Part shown: positions 8,615 through 17,037 of the stretch, in pieces
Layout: each line of letters opens with the position of its first letter
Position numbering within the stretch: position 1 is the first letter of the stretch
Source of the DNA: Glaciihabitans sp.
Lineage (GTDB): Bacteria; Actinomycetota; Actinomycetes; Actinomycetales; Microbacteriaceae
NCBI GenBank assembly: GCA_025465535.1
Contig: JAODMY010000096.1
Location: 1,841-65,840 of the forward strand
Direction: 5' to 3'
Length of the DNA stretch: 64,000 nt
Translations under genes and position numbers: made by a program
Notes under the pieces: model-generated
Told to the model about the DNA's origin: nothing
Database searches by the model: none
The model's input: only the letters and a program-made list of their open reading frames with translations

Positions 8615-9474
8615 TACGTGCTCCCGTAACTGCCGACGAGCGTCGTCACCAGCAGTCCCCAGCCGTCGACAAGGATGAACAGCAGGATCTTGAACGGAAG
8701 CGAGATCATGACCGGCGGAAGCATCATCATTCCCATGGCCATCAGCGCAGACGACACGACGAGGTCGATGACCAGGAACGGCACGAAGATCACGAAGCCG
8801 ATGATGAAGGCGGATCGCAGTTCGGAGATCATGAATGCCGGAATGAGCGTCGACAGCGAGACGCTGGCCGGTGAAGCGGGATTCGGGCGGCCAGCGGCCC
8901 TCGTCATCAGGGCGAGATCCTCCTGCCGGGTGTGCGCCAGCATGAACGTTCGCAGCGGCGCCTCGGCCAGGGTGATCGCGTGGTTGATGTCGATGGCGCC
9001 GCTCATGTAGGGCTGCACCGCCGAGGAGTTAATGTCGGTGATCACGGGCCACATGATGAATATGGAGAGAAACAGTGCGAGGCCCGCGAGGATCTGGTTC
9101 GGCGGAATGGTGGTGAGCCCCATCGCGTTGCGGGTCATCGCGAGCACGATGAAGATCTTCGTGAACGACGACATCATCAGGATCAGCGACGGCGCGACGG
9201 ACAGCAGAGTGATGCCGATGAGCACGACGACGCTGTCGGATGGCGTGCCGTTCGGCCCGTTCAGACTGCTCTGGATGATGTCGTTGATCGATGGCGCCGT
9301 GGGGGTCGGCACCGGTGTCGGCGTCGGAGTCGTGATCGGAGTCGGTATCGCCGCGGCCGCGGAAAGCGCTGGCGCGATGACGGTGAACAGAATCGCGAGG
9401 AATCCTGCTCCGATCGAGGAGAGCAGGATGCGTCGCCGACGGATCGTGCGCGCCCCGGTCGAGACGGCCGTCAT
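8614..9474 (-). CDS. fliP: Flagellar export apparatus protein FliP
   Basis: 286 aa. SSFTKIFIVLAMTRNAMGLTTIPPNQILAGLALFLSIFIMWPV is the conserved FliP core. The N-terminal signal/TM is followed by a PT-rich linker. Confidence 0.95.
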   Translation of the reverse strand: MTAVSTGARTIRRRRILLSSIGAGFLAILFTVIAPALSAAAAIPTPITTPTPTPVPTPTAPSINDIIQSSLNGPNGTPSDSVVVLIGITLLSVAPSLILMMSSFTKIFIVLAMTRNAMGLTTIPPNQILAGLALFLSIFIMWPVITDINSSAVQPYMSGAIDINHAITLAEAPLRTFMLAHTRQEDLALMTRAAGRPNPASPASVSLSTLIPAFMISELRSAFIIGFVIFVPFLVIDLVVSSALMAMGMMMLPPVMISLPFKILLFILVDGWGLLVTTLVGSYGST

Positions 9475-9950
9475 CGTTCGGTGCGCAGAGCGGCGAATGC
9501 CTGCCTCCAGGTGCTCGCCGACAGGATCGATCCCGCGAGAGGAGTCTTGGCCGGCTCACGACGGCGTCTAAAGGCGTTCTCGACGCCGGAGTCGGGGAGC
9601 AGTTCGCGCGTGGCCGCCGCGGGTGAAGGCGCACTGCTTTCCACCTGGCTGAGCGCATCCGCGAAGTGCCGTCCGCTGGTCGCCGTGCTGGTCTCCGCTG
9701 CCGCGATTTCGGTGCTGTCGAGAACAGAAATCCCGTGCTCCGTAACGCCGAGCAGAAAGCGTTTGGCGCCGAATTCGACCACGGCGACGCTCGCTTTTAC
9801 GCCGACCGTCTGCCGCGCAATCATCGCTATCGGCTTCGATTTCGACTTCACTTTCGCGGCGCGTCCCAAGCGCTTCTGCACAAACCAGATGGCGCCGATC
9901 ACCACAGCGAGCGAGACGACGACGCGCAGCGCGAGGAAGACTGTGTCCAC
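9471..9950 (-). CDS. fliO: Flagellar protein FliO/FliZ
   Basis: 159 aa with a single N-terminal TM (LALRVVVSLAVVIGAIWFVQKRL), in the position between fliN and fliP. It overlaps fliP by 4 nt. Confidence 0.7.
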   Translation of the reverse strand: MDTVFLALRVVVSLAVVIGAIWFVQKRLGRAAKVKSKSKPIAMIARQTVGVKASVAVVEFGAKRFLLGVTEHGISVLDSTEIAAAETSTATSGRHFADALSQVESSAPSPAAATRELLPDSGVENAFRRRREPAKTPLAGSILSASTWRQAFAALRTER

Positions 9951-10655
9951 TTAGCGGGCCGCCGCCTCGAGGCCGTCGAGAATGCGTGTGATTCGAACAG
10001 CGAATTCCTGGTCGACAACGACGACTTCACCGTGCGCGATGAGCCGCCCGTTCAGGAGCACGTCAGCCGGGGCGCCCACAGCGCGGTCGAGCTCGACCAC
10101 CGCACCGACCTCGAGACCGAGGACGGTACGGACGGGCATCCTCGTCCGACCGATCTCGACCGTGAGCGCCATTTCCACTTCGTTGATCCGGCTCAGCCGA
10201 CCCTCGATCGAACGATACGGGTCTCCCGCGGCCTGCTGGTCGGCCCGGAGCCGGACGATGAACCACCCCGCTGTCCCCGCCTCGGAGACGAGCTCGAACA
10301 CGACCGACTCCGAATGGGAGAACAGGTCGCTGGCATCCGCCTCGATCGCCTCGCCGAGAACTCCAATGCCGAAGGTGGCAGCGCTCAGTTCGAGGGCCGG
10401 CAGCACGACGTCCGTCGCCCGAACACGAGGTTGCGCACCCGCGACCTCGTGGATGAATCCCCAGTCCAGGAGAACGAGGGCGAACTCGACGGAGAGGGAT
10501 CCGACGAATGTTGCGGTGATCGCCGTCGCGGCTGCCACGGGGACCGGCACCGGGGATGCGGTCACGACGGCCCGGAGACTCGCGGAGTTGGGCAGGTTTG
10601 CGACGAGGACGTCTGCCGCGGCCTGATGTGTGGTCAGCGTTGGATTTGTGTTCAC
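9951..10655 (-). CDS. fliN: Flagellar motor switch protein FliN (FliY-like length)
   Basis: 234 aa. The C-terminal SpoA domain reads LTVEIGRTRMPVRTVLGLEVGAVVELDRAVGAPADVLLNGRLIAHGEVVVVDQEFAVRITRIL. Confidence 0.85.
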   Translation of the reverse strand: MNTNPTLTTHQAAADVLVANLPNSASLRAVVTASPVPVPVAAATAITATFVGSLSVEFALVLLDWGFIHEVAGAQPRVRATDVVLPALELSAATFGIGVLGEAIEADASDLFSHSESVVFELVSEAGTAGWFIVRLRADQQAAGDPYRSIEGRLSRINEVEMALTVEIGRTRMPVRTVLGLEVGAVVELDRAVGAPADVLLNGRLIAHGEVVVVDQEFAVRITRILDGLEAAAR

Positions 10656-11548
10656 AATGACTCCTCGAGTTTGACGATGACGCAGGCGAGACGCGAACCA
10701 TTCGCGCCAACGGCAGCCTCCGCCACGGTGTGGCCTTCGACCGTGACGTTCAGTGGACGATGCTGGGGATGAGGAAGGCGAATCACGTCGCCCTCCGCGA
10801 GACCGAGAATGTCTCTCGGGCTGACGATCGCGGGCTCGAACTGGACGGAGAGGGAAACCGGCACAGCATCCACGCGCACGCGGGTCGGCTCGCTCGGTCC
10901 CGTGCCGGCAGAGGCAAGTGCGTCGTGCCCGGTGAGCGCGTCAAGCGGAAACGCGAGAGACGTCGGCGAAGATTTATCACCGATCGTCACGGTGAAGCGG
11001 GTGACGAGCATGAACTCGCGGGCCGTCGTCGCCTGTGCCATTTGGGAGTTGTACTGGAGCGTGTCGACCTCGATCCGGCCATCCAGCAGGTCGCCGAGCG
11101 AGTAGGTGAGATCCTCGATGACGTAGTCGACGATGAGGCGCACGATCGTGCTCTCGATTTGGGTGAAAGTTCGCACGGGTGCTGGGACACTCCCGTTACC
11201 GCCGAGCATCATCCCCACCCAACCGAGCGCTACATCGGGGGCAATCTGCAAAACGGCGCGCGCGGCGAGATCATCGATCTTCAGGAGAACCATGGTGGTC
11301 AACTCCGGAAGCGCCTCGGCATACTCGCCGTAGCGTTCGACCTCGATTGAGTCAACGGAGGCATGAACGATCGCGTGTGTCATCGCGGTCAGCTGGGTCG
11401 CCCACTGGCGCGCGAAATTCTCGAACGCCAGCGTGAGGGAGCGCATCTGCTCGCGCCCAAGGGTCGTCGGCCGTTGAAAATCGTAGACCTCGACTCCCGG
11501 CGCAGCGGAAGCGAGCACGCTAGCGCCGACAAAATCCTGAACCGTCAT
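10652..11548 (-). CDS. fliM: Flagellar motor switch protein FliM
   Basis: Contains VYDFQRPTTLGREQMRSLTLAFENFARQW, the FliM signature region. The track start (GTG at 11557) lies inside the predicted -10 element, so I prefer the ATG at 11546-11548 (MTVQDF...). No SD precedes either start. Confidence 0.85.
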   Translation of the reverse strand: MTVQDFVGASVLASAAPGVEVYDFQRPTTLGREQMRSLTLAFENFARQWATQLTAMTHAIVHASVDSIEVERYGEYAEALPELTTMVLLKIDDLAARAVLQIAPDVALGWVGMMLGGNGSVPAPVRTFTQIESTIVRLIVDYVIEDLTYSLGDLLDGRIEVDTLQYNSQMAQATTAREFMLVTRFTVTIGDKSSPTSLAFPLDALTGHDALASAGTGPSEPTRVRVDAVPVSLSVQFEPAIVSPRDILGLAEGDVIRLPHPQHRPLNVTVEGHTVAEAAVGANGSRLACVIVKLEESL

Positions 11549-11556
11549 GCCAGGCA

Positions 11557-11584
11557 CTATCGGTGCACGCGAGGTATCGGTTAG
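11557..11584 (-). promoter_or_regulatory. Sigma-28/WhiG-type promoter candidate upstream of fliM
   Basis: The minus strand reads AGCTAACCG-atacctcgcgtgc-ACCGATAG, i.e. CTAA, 16 nt, ACCGATAG. It lies in the 48-nt motB-fliM gap, with the -10 ending 8 nt before the ATG. The geometry matches four other sites in the cluster. Confidence 0.5.
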
Positions 11585-11596
11585 CTCCGAAGGTAA

Positions 11597-12403
11597 CTAA
11601 TGCTGGGCGGCAAGCACCTTCGCAAACAGGTCGCGCACGACTTCCGGAGCGGAAGACAATACGACGATGTCCACACGCCGATTCAACTTGTACTCCGCGG
11701 CCGACATCCCCGGAGAAAGCGGGCGAGCGGCGCCGTACGACGACGAGTAAATCCGCGCACCGGGAATCCCGGTCTTGTCAACGAGATAGCTGAGAACCGC
11801 GGTCGATCGCGCGGCAGCCAAATCCCAATCCGAAGCGAAGGGCGCCGGATTGCCGTGGCCGTCCGCGTGCCCCTCAACGGAGATCTGATTGGGGGCGCGC
11901 GCGAGCACTGGCCCGATCGCGCTGAGCGTGCGCTGCGTTGTGGGTTGCAGAGTCGCGCTGTTGCCCGTGAAAAATGTCGCGGACCCGAGCAGCCGAACAG
12001 TCAGGCCGCCACTGTCGATCGAATAGACAACATTTTGCTCGAGCCCTTTCGCCGTGAGCGAGGTGGAGATCGCCTTCTCGATCGCGGTCAGGTTGTTGAT
12101 CTCGTTGACCGCGGCGTTGTAGTCGCTGTTGGTCTGGGTGCCCTTCTTTCCCACATCCTTCGGCGGCACGACGACGCCCGTCGCGGTATCGATGTCGTGC
12201 GTCTTGCTCACACCGAACCCGGTCGACAGGGCAAGCCTGAGTTGTTCGAACTTGCCTTTGTCAATGGACGACATCGCATAGAGCACGATGAACAAGCACA
12301 TCAGGACGGTCACCATGTCCATGTAGGAGGTTGTCCAGCGATCCCGGCTTCCCTCCTCGTTCTCGCTGTCGTGGTGTCCCTTCTTGCGGCGCCGAACTCT
12401 CAT
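11597..12403 (-). CDS. motB: Flagellar stator protein MotB (OmpA-like C-terminus)
   Basis: 268 aa. N-terminal plug/TM with the conserved Asp (WTTSYMDMVTVLMCLFIVLYAMS), and a C-terminal OmpA-like peptidoglycan-binding region (VEGHADGHGNP...NRRVDIVVL). Confidence 0.85.
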   Translation of the reverse strand: MRVRRRKKGHHDSENEEGSRDRWTTSYMDMVTVLMCLFIVLYAMSSIDKGKFEQLRLALSTGFGVSKTHDIDTATGVVVPPKDVGKKGTQTNSDYNAAVNEINNLTAIEKAISTSLTAKGLEQNVVYSIDSGGLTVRLLGSATFFTGNSATLQPTTQRTLSAIGPVLARAPNQISVEGHADGHGNPAPFASDWDLAAARSTAVLSYLVDKTGIPGARIYSSSYGAARPLSPGMSAAEYKLNRRVDIVVLSSAPEVVRDLFAKVLAAQH

Positions 12404-13227
12404 GCCGCTTCCTCAAACTGTTTCGGCTTCGCCTTTTTCCGCTTCGAGTCCTTGTCGTTCGGGGCTTTCGAAGCCTTCGACCCTGGACTGGCGATCATGG
12501 CGTGAAGGCGTTCGCTGACCGCGCGGGGCTGGCTTCCCTCCTGCACGGCGAGCACACCCTCGAGAAGAAGGTGCATTCGCTCGATGTTGAGATCGGCGAG
12601 GCGGCTGAGGCGCGCCCCGATCGGAAGCCAGAGCACGTTGGCGGACAGCACACCCCAGAGGGTCGCGACGAAGGCGCCGGCGATGGAGGGGCCGAGCGTC
12701 GCCGGGTCGGACAGGCGCTCGAGCACGTGCGTCAGAGCGATGACCGTACCGATGATGCCGATGGTCGGCGCGTAGCCGCCGAGGCTGGCAAAAAACTTGG
12801 CCGCGGCCCGCTGTTCGCGTTCCTCCGTGGCAATCTGCTCTTCGAGGAGGTCGCGAAGGACCTCGCCATCCATGCCATCGGCGATGTTCTGCAGAGCAGA
12901 CTTCAGAAACGGGTCAGTCATCGACTGCGCCTCTGCCTCGAGCGAGAGCAGGCCATCCAGTCTCGCCTTCTCGGCAATCGTGACGACCTGGGCGATGAGC
13001 CCCTCGGGCTGGGTGAGCTTGCCCCTGAAGGCCCTCGGAAGTGACCTCGCCGCGCGGATCATGTCCGGAATCGTCCCGCTCGCGATGCCGACGGCGATTG
13101 TGCAGCCGAACACCAGAATGAGCGGCGCGGGAAGAAGGATGGAGGTGATGCTCGAACCCTCGAGGAAGACCATCGTGATGATCGCCCCGAAGGCAAGGAC
13201 AATTCCGATGATTGTTGCGGGATCCAT
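12400..13227 (-). CDS. motA: Flagellar stator protein MotA
   Basis: 275-aa 4-TM protein of the MotA/ExbB family (YAPTIGIIGTVIALTHVL...AFVATLWGVLSANVLWLP). It overlaps motB by 4 nt. Confidence 0.9.
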   Translation of the reverse strand: MDPATIIGIVLAFGAIITMVFLEGSSITSILLPAPLILVFGCTIAVGIASGTIPDMIRAARSLPRAFRGKLTQPEGLIAQVVTIAEKARLDGLLSLEAEAQSMTDPFLKSALQNIADGMDGEVLRDLLEEQIATEEREQRAAAKFFASLGGYAPTIGIIGTVIALTHVLERLSDPATLGPSIAGAFVATLWGVLSANVLWLPIGARLSRLADLNIERMHLLLEGVLAVQEGSQPRAVSERLHAMIASPGSKASKAPNDKDSKRKKAKPKQFEEAA

Positions 13228-13529
13228 CAGTGGCTCTCCGAATCCTTCGGAGCGGCACCAATACTGGCAGTGCCGACCACCGGATCCGGAAACTGGACGA
13301 GCTGGCCGGGGAGAATCCTGCGAGGTTCCGGTTCGACGGATCTGGCGATCGAAATGACTTTCGCCCGGTATCGAGCCATGAGCTCGATGACCTCTTCCAT
13401 CGACTCCGTGACGATGTAGGTCGTGCCGTCGACAAGGGTCAAAGTGGTGTCGGGATTGCTGTGGATGCGCTCGACAAGGTCGGGATTGACTGCAAATCTG
13501 CTGTTGTTCAGCTTTGTCACGATGATCAT
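13227..13529 (-). CDS. flbD: Flagellar protein FlbD
   Basis: MIIVTKLNNSRFAVNPDLVERIHSNPDTTLTLVDGTTYIVTESMEEVIELM is the FlbD family N-terminus. The ATG at 13527-13529 is preceded by AAGGAA. The longer track start (13577) falls in the promoter region. Confidence 0.8.
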   Translation of the reverse strand: MIIVTKLNNSRFAVNPDLVERIHSNPDTTLTLVDGTTYIVTESMEEVIELMARYRAKVISIARSVEPEPRRILPGQLVQFPDPVVGTASIGAAPKDSESH

Positions 13530-13576
13530 GGTGGCTATTCCTTGCCCTTTTATGCCTTCAATGGCTTCGGGACACA

Positions 13577-13604
13577 CTGTCGGTCAATCGGCCCCGCGCG
13601 TTAG
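13577..13604 (-). promoter_or_regulatory. Sigma-28/WhiG-type promoter candidate upstream of flbD-motA-motB
   Basis: The minus strand reads CGCTAACGC-gcggggccgattg-ACCGACAG, i.e. CTAA, 16 nt, ACCGACAG. The -35 is embedded in an 8-bp GC hairpin (13592-11). Confidence 0.45.
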
Positions 13605-13669
13605 CGCGGAGCCGACTGACCTGATGACAGCAGGCGAGTCAGGACTGCCCTGGGGGGATAGCCGTGACG

Positions 13670-14848
13670 CTAGTGCTGCATCTGGTTCAGATCCTGGAGG
13701 ATCTGATCGGAGGCGGTGATGATTCTGGCGTTCGCCTCGAAACCACGCTGGGCCACGATGAGATTGGAGAATTCCTGGGTGAGGTCGACGTTCGACATCT
13801 CGAGTGAGCCGCCGATCACCGATCCGAATCCTGCCGATCCGGCAACACCGACCGTCGCGCCGCCGGAGGCAACGGTCGCCGAGTAGTCAGACGAGCCGAC
13901 CTTCGAGAGACCGTTCGGATTGGCAAAGGTGGAGAGCGCGATACGAGCGATCGGGATGGTTGCGCCGTTGCTGTACGAGCCGACGAGCGTACCGTCACTC
14001 GAGAGCGTGTACGACTCCAGGGTTCCCGCCGTCTGTCCGTTCTGGCTGGAGATTGAGGCGGAGGAGAGCCCGGCGAATCCCGTCACCGTGCTCAGGTCGA
14101 CGGCCACCCCGCCCACGGTCAGCGATCCACCGGAAGTGACGGCTCCGCTGGTGAAGGCCAGACTCGTCGCGCCCGTCGCTCCTGTGCCGTCCGCGCCGGC
14201 GACGTCCCAGCCGGCGGCTGTCTTCGTGAACGTGAGGGTCAGGCTGCGCGAGATTCCCGAACTGTCGTAGACGTTGGTGTCCTCCGTCTCCACGGTGCCG
14301 ACGGCGGCATCCGACGGCAGGTTTCCGGTGACTGTGGCTGCGGTTGTCGCCGAGGCGGGCGCAACGGAATTCTGGGGGATCGTAACGGTGCTCAGTGCGG
14401 TGGACGAACTCGGAATGACCCCGTTCACGGCTTGCCACCCCTGTACGTATGCCCCATCCGGAGTCACGAGGCGACCGGTAGTCGAATCGAAATTGAAGCT
14501 GCCCGCGCGCGTGTAGAGCGTCTGCCCACCGGTCATGACGGTAAAGAAACCATCGCCGGAGACCATCATGTCTGTCGCGTTTCCCGTCGCCTGCGCCGCG
14601 CCCTGAGTGAAGTTGGTCGCGATTCCGGCGACCGTGACCCCTAGCCCGACCTGGGCCGGATTGGTGCTTCCCACCGTGGTGGTCGAACCGCTTGCGGCTT
14701 TAGTCATCTCCGAGAGCGAATCTTCGAACTGGGTGGACGACGACTTGAAGCCGGTCGTATCGACGTTAGCGATGTTGTTCGCCGTGACGTCCAGCATGGT
14801 CTGGTGGGCCTGGAGTCCGGAGATTCCGGAGTCGAGTGAACGGAGCAT
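13670..14848 (-). CDS. flgE: Flagellar hook protein FlgE
   Basis: 392 aa. N-terminus MLRSLDSGISGLQAHQTMLDVTANNIANVDTTGFK and C-terminus LEMSNVDLTQEFSNLIVAQRGFEANARIITASDQILQDL. Confidence 0.9.
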   Translation of the reverse strand: MLRSLDSGISGLQAHQTMLDVTANNIANVDTTGFKSSSTQFEDSLSEMTKAASGSTTTVGSTNPAQVGLGVTVAGIATNFTQGAAQATGNATDMMVSGDGFFTVMTGGQTLYTRAGSFNFDSTTGRLVTPDGAYVQGWQAVNGVIPSSSTALSTVTIPQNSVAPASATTAATVTGNLPSDAAVGTVETEDTNVYDSSGISRSLTLTFTKTAAGWDVAGADGTGATGATSLAFTSGAVTSGGSLTVGGVAVDLSTVTGFAGLSSASISSQNGQTAGTLESYTLSSDGTLVGSYSNGATIPIARIALSTFANPNGLSKVGSSDYSATVASGGATVGVAGSAGFGSVIGGSLEMSNVDLTQEFSNLIVAQRGFEANARIITASDQILQDLNQMQH

Positions 14849-14879
14849 GGGATGAATCCTTTCGGTTGATCGGCGAGAG

Positions 14880-15311
14880 TTAGGAAGTTGGGGTTGCCGT
14901 GGAGGTCGTGCTTACGGCGGAGAGGTCTTCGATCGGAACTGAGACGCCGCCGATTGTCACAAACGAGTCGCTCGAGTCGAAGCTGACACCGGTGACATCC
15001 CCCGACTGCGTCACGCCGTTCGAATCGACATAGGACGCGTTTTTGCCAATTAGCGCGGCTGCCGCGGTACGCGTTTGCAACGTGTAGTTACTTGTCTCGG
15101 TGTCCGACATCGTGCTCATCGCCTGCATGGAGGCCAGCTGCGAGGTCTGCGTGATCATGGTGTTGCTGTCCATCGGGGAGTCGGGGCTCTGGGATTGGAG
15201 TTGTGTGATGAGCAGCTGAAGGAACATCTGGCTGTCCATGGTTTGGTTGGGCGGCGTCGTCGGCGTCGTCGAATAGATCGACGTCGATGGGGCGACTGCT
15301 GTCACTGTCAT
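14880..15311 (-). CDS. flgD: Flagellar hook capping/assembly protein FlgD
   Basis: 143 aa. DSQMFLQLLITQLQSQSPDSPMDSNTMITQTSQLASMQAM is the FlgD N-terminal motif. Confidence 0.85.
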   Translation of the reverse strand: MTVTAVAPSTSIYSTTPTTPPNQTMDSQMFLQLLITQLQSQSPDSPMDSNTMITQTSQLASMQAMSTMSDTETSNYTLQTRTAAAALIGKNASYVDSNGVTQSGDVTGVSFDSSDSFVTIGGVSVPIEDLSAVSTTSTATPTS

Positions 15312-15328
15312 TTGGGTGAGCCTTTCTG

Positions 15329-17032
15329 TTATGCGAAAACGTCGAGGAGGGATGTCCCCCCGGCTGAGACTGCTCGAACAGGGGTCTGTTGCGGCCCGCG
15401 CGCTCGCTCGGGATCCGCGATACCCGCGCCGGGGCGGGAGGCCTTGCCTTCCGGGCTCTGGAAAGCAGCATCCTGGCGCGCTCCGGTCTGGGCGCCACCG
15501 TGTTCTGCGACACTCAGCGTCGCGTTCATGCCGCCCTGCGAGAGATCACGTTTGAGGTCGGGAAGGATCGCTTTGAGCGCCTCTCGCGCCTGGTCGGTCG
15601 GCGCGATCAATTCGACGCGGATGCCGTCGCTCGAAAGGTGTGCCTGCACGGTCACGGGCCCCAGGGATTCCGGGGCGACGTTGATGGTCAGAACATGGCT
15701 GCCGGTCGGCGCCGTCTGTAGCGTGAGAATGGGTCGGACGAGCTGGTCGGCAAGCGACTGTGGTGTCGCCGCGACGGGGGGTGCGATCGTCGCCGTGGCG
15801 ATGACATCCCTGGCCACCGTTGGCTGGGGGCCAGCGCCGAGGGAAGCCGGGTCGATCGCGGAAGTATCGGCAGGCGATCCTGAGTCCGATTGGGTGTCGA
15901 CGCCTGCCCCCGCCCGCCCGACGGGAAGGCTCGGATCCTCGGCCGCATCGGTCGACACGCCTGGCAACGCAACCTCAGTTTTTGCCGGCAGGCGAAGGCG
16001 GGTGCGCACGGGATCGGTCGCTGTCGTGCCCGAGGTTGGCTTGGTCGTGCCGGATTCTGGCGCGGTCACCGAATCCGCTGGAGCGACAGCGGCGGTCAGG
16101 GCCGCCGACGTGGGAGCGGGCGACGGCTCGGTGCCGGCCTGCGACGTGCTCCCGATGGATTCCGTTGATGCCCCAGTTGCCGTTGATTGCGCAGCGGCCG
16201 CCGCGATCTCGGTACCGTCGGCTGCAGCGGAACCGGTCGGCGCAGTGGCGGGAGCGGAGCCGGCTTGCGAGGCGGTGGTCGACCCGGGATCGGCCTCTCC
16301 GAGCGAAGACACGACAGTGATCGACGTCATGCCCTGGGTGGGGGCAGACAAGGACACTGCTGCGGCGAGCGCTGGCGTGGTGGCCGGTGCGGGCACATCC
16401 GGAACGGCCGCAGCCGGGGAAGACGGCGCTGGGGACAGGGGCGGATTGGTGCCCGCCGTTGCGACAGTCGAGGCAGCAACGCCCGCCGCCGTCACCGGAT
16501 TCGCGGCATTCCCGAGCGTTGGTGCCGGTGCGGGTGCCGGTGCAGGTGTCGGCGGTGTCAGGGCAATGCCGGTCGATGGCGCGACAGCACCGGCGGGAGG
16601 AGCGATGGCACCGATCGCCGACGCAACCGGGGTTTGCCCCGCGGCGGCGGGATCAGGGATTGTGGGCGCGAGTGCGACCATCGGGAGACCGACGACAGCC
16701 GGAGCGACAACAGCGGGAGCCGCGGCAACGGTCTTCTCCGTGCGATCTGCGCTTCGCCGAACTGCGGTACCCGGCGTACCGGAGGCCGGGGACTTGACTT
16801 CCCCGTCGGACACAGCAGCGTCAGCGTCGGATCCGGCAGTCGTCGATTGGGCTAGGGGTGTCGATCGGGCCGGCGTCGATTGGGCTGTCGCGGTCCACGA
16901 TGCCGGGGTATCGGGCGAATCCGTGGTGGCACTCAGCAGTTGCGACGCGAAGTCACTGCCGTCCGACGAACCGGTCGTCGGACGAGCGCCGGATGCCATT
17001 GATGGATCCGCCAGGCGAGATGTCGCTGTCAT
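15329..17032 (-). CDS. fliK: Flagellar hook-length control protein FliK
   Basis: Start chosen at the ATG at 17030-17032 (MTATSRLADPS...), 5 nt after the upstream gene's stop; the track start overlaps the upstream gene. A long Pro/Ala/Thr-rich central region is followed by a C-terminal FliK domain (VLTINVAPESLGPVTVQAHLSSDGIRVELIAPTDQAREALKAILPDLKRDL). Confidence 0.75.
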   Translation of the reverse strand: MTATSRLADPSMASGARPTTGSSDGSDFASQLLSATTDSPDTPASWTATAQSTPARSTPLAQSTTAGSDADAAVSDGEVKSPASGTPGTAVRRSADRTEKTVAAAPAVVAPAVVGLPMVALAPTIPDPAAAGQTPVASAIGAIAPPAGAVAPSTGIALTPPTPAPAPAPAPTLGNAANPVTAAGVAASTVATAGTNPPLSPAPSSPAAAVPDVPAPATTPALAAAVSLSAPTQGMTSITVVSSLGEADPGSTTASQAGSAPATAPTGSAAADGTEIAAAAAQSTATGASTESIGSTSQAGTEPSPAPTSAALTAAVAPADSVTAPESGTTKPTSGTTATDPVRTRLRLPAKTEVALPGVSTDAAEDPSLPVGRAGAGVDTQSDSGSPADTSAIDPASLGAGPQPTVARDVIATATIAPPVAATPQSLADQLVRPILTLQTAPTGSHVLTINVAPESLGPVTVQAHLSSDGIRVELIAPTDQAREALKAILPDLKRDLSQGGMNATLSVAEHGGAQTGARQDAAFQSPEGKASRPGAGIADPERARGPQQTPVRAVSAGGTSLLDVFA

Positions 17033-17037
17033 GGGGC

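Noticed and set aside
14867-14874. GCCGATCA (minus strand) just upstream of flgE, considered as a sixth sigma-28 -10 box.
   Set aside because: The position 16 nt upstream reads ACCC, not CTAA, and lies in the flgD coding sequence. This is probably a chance match.
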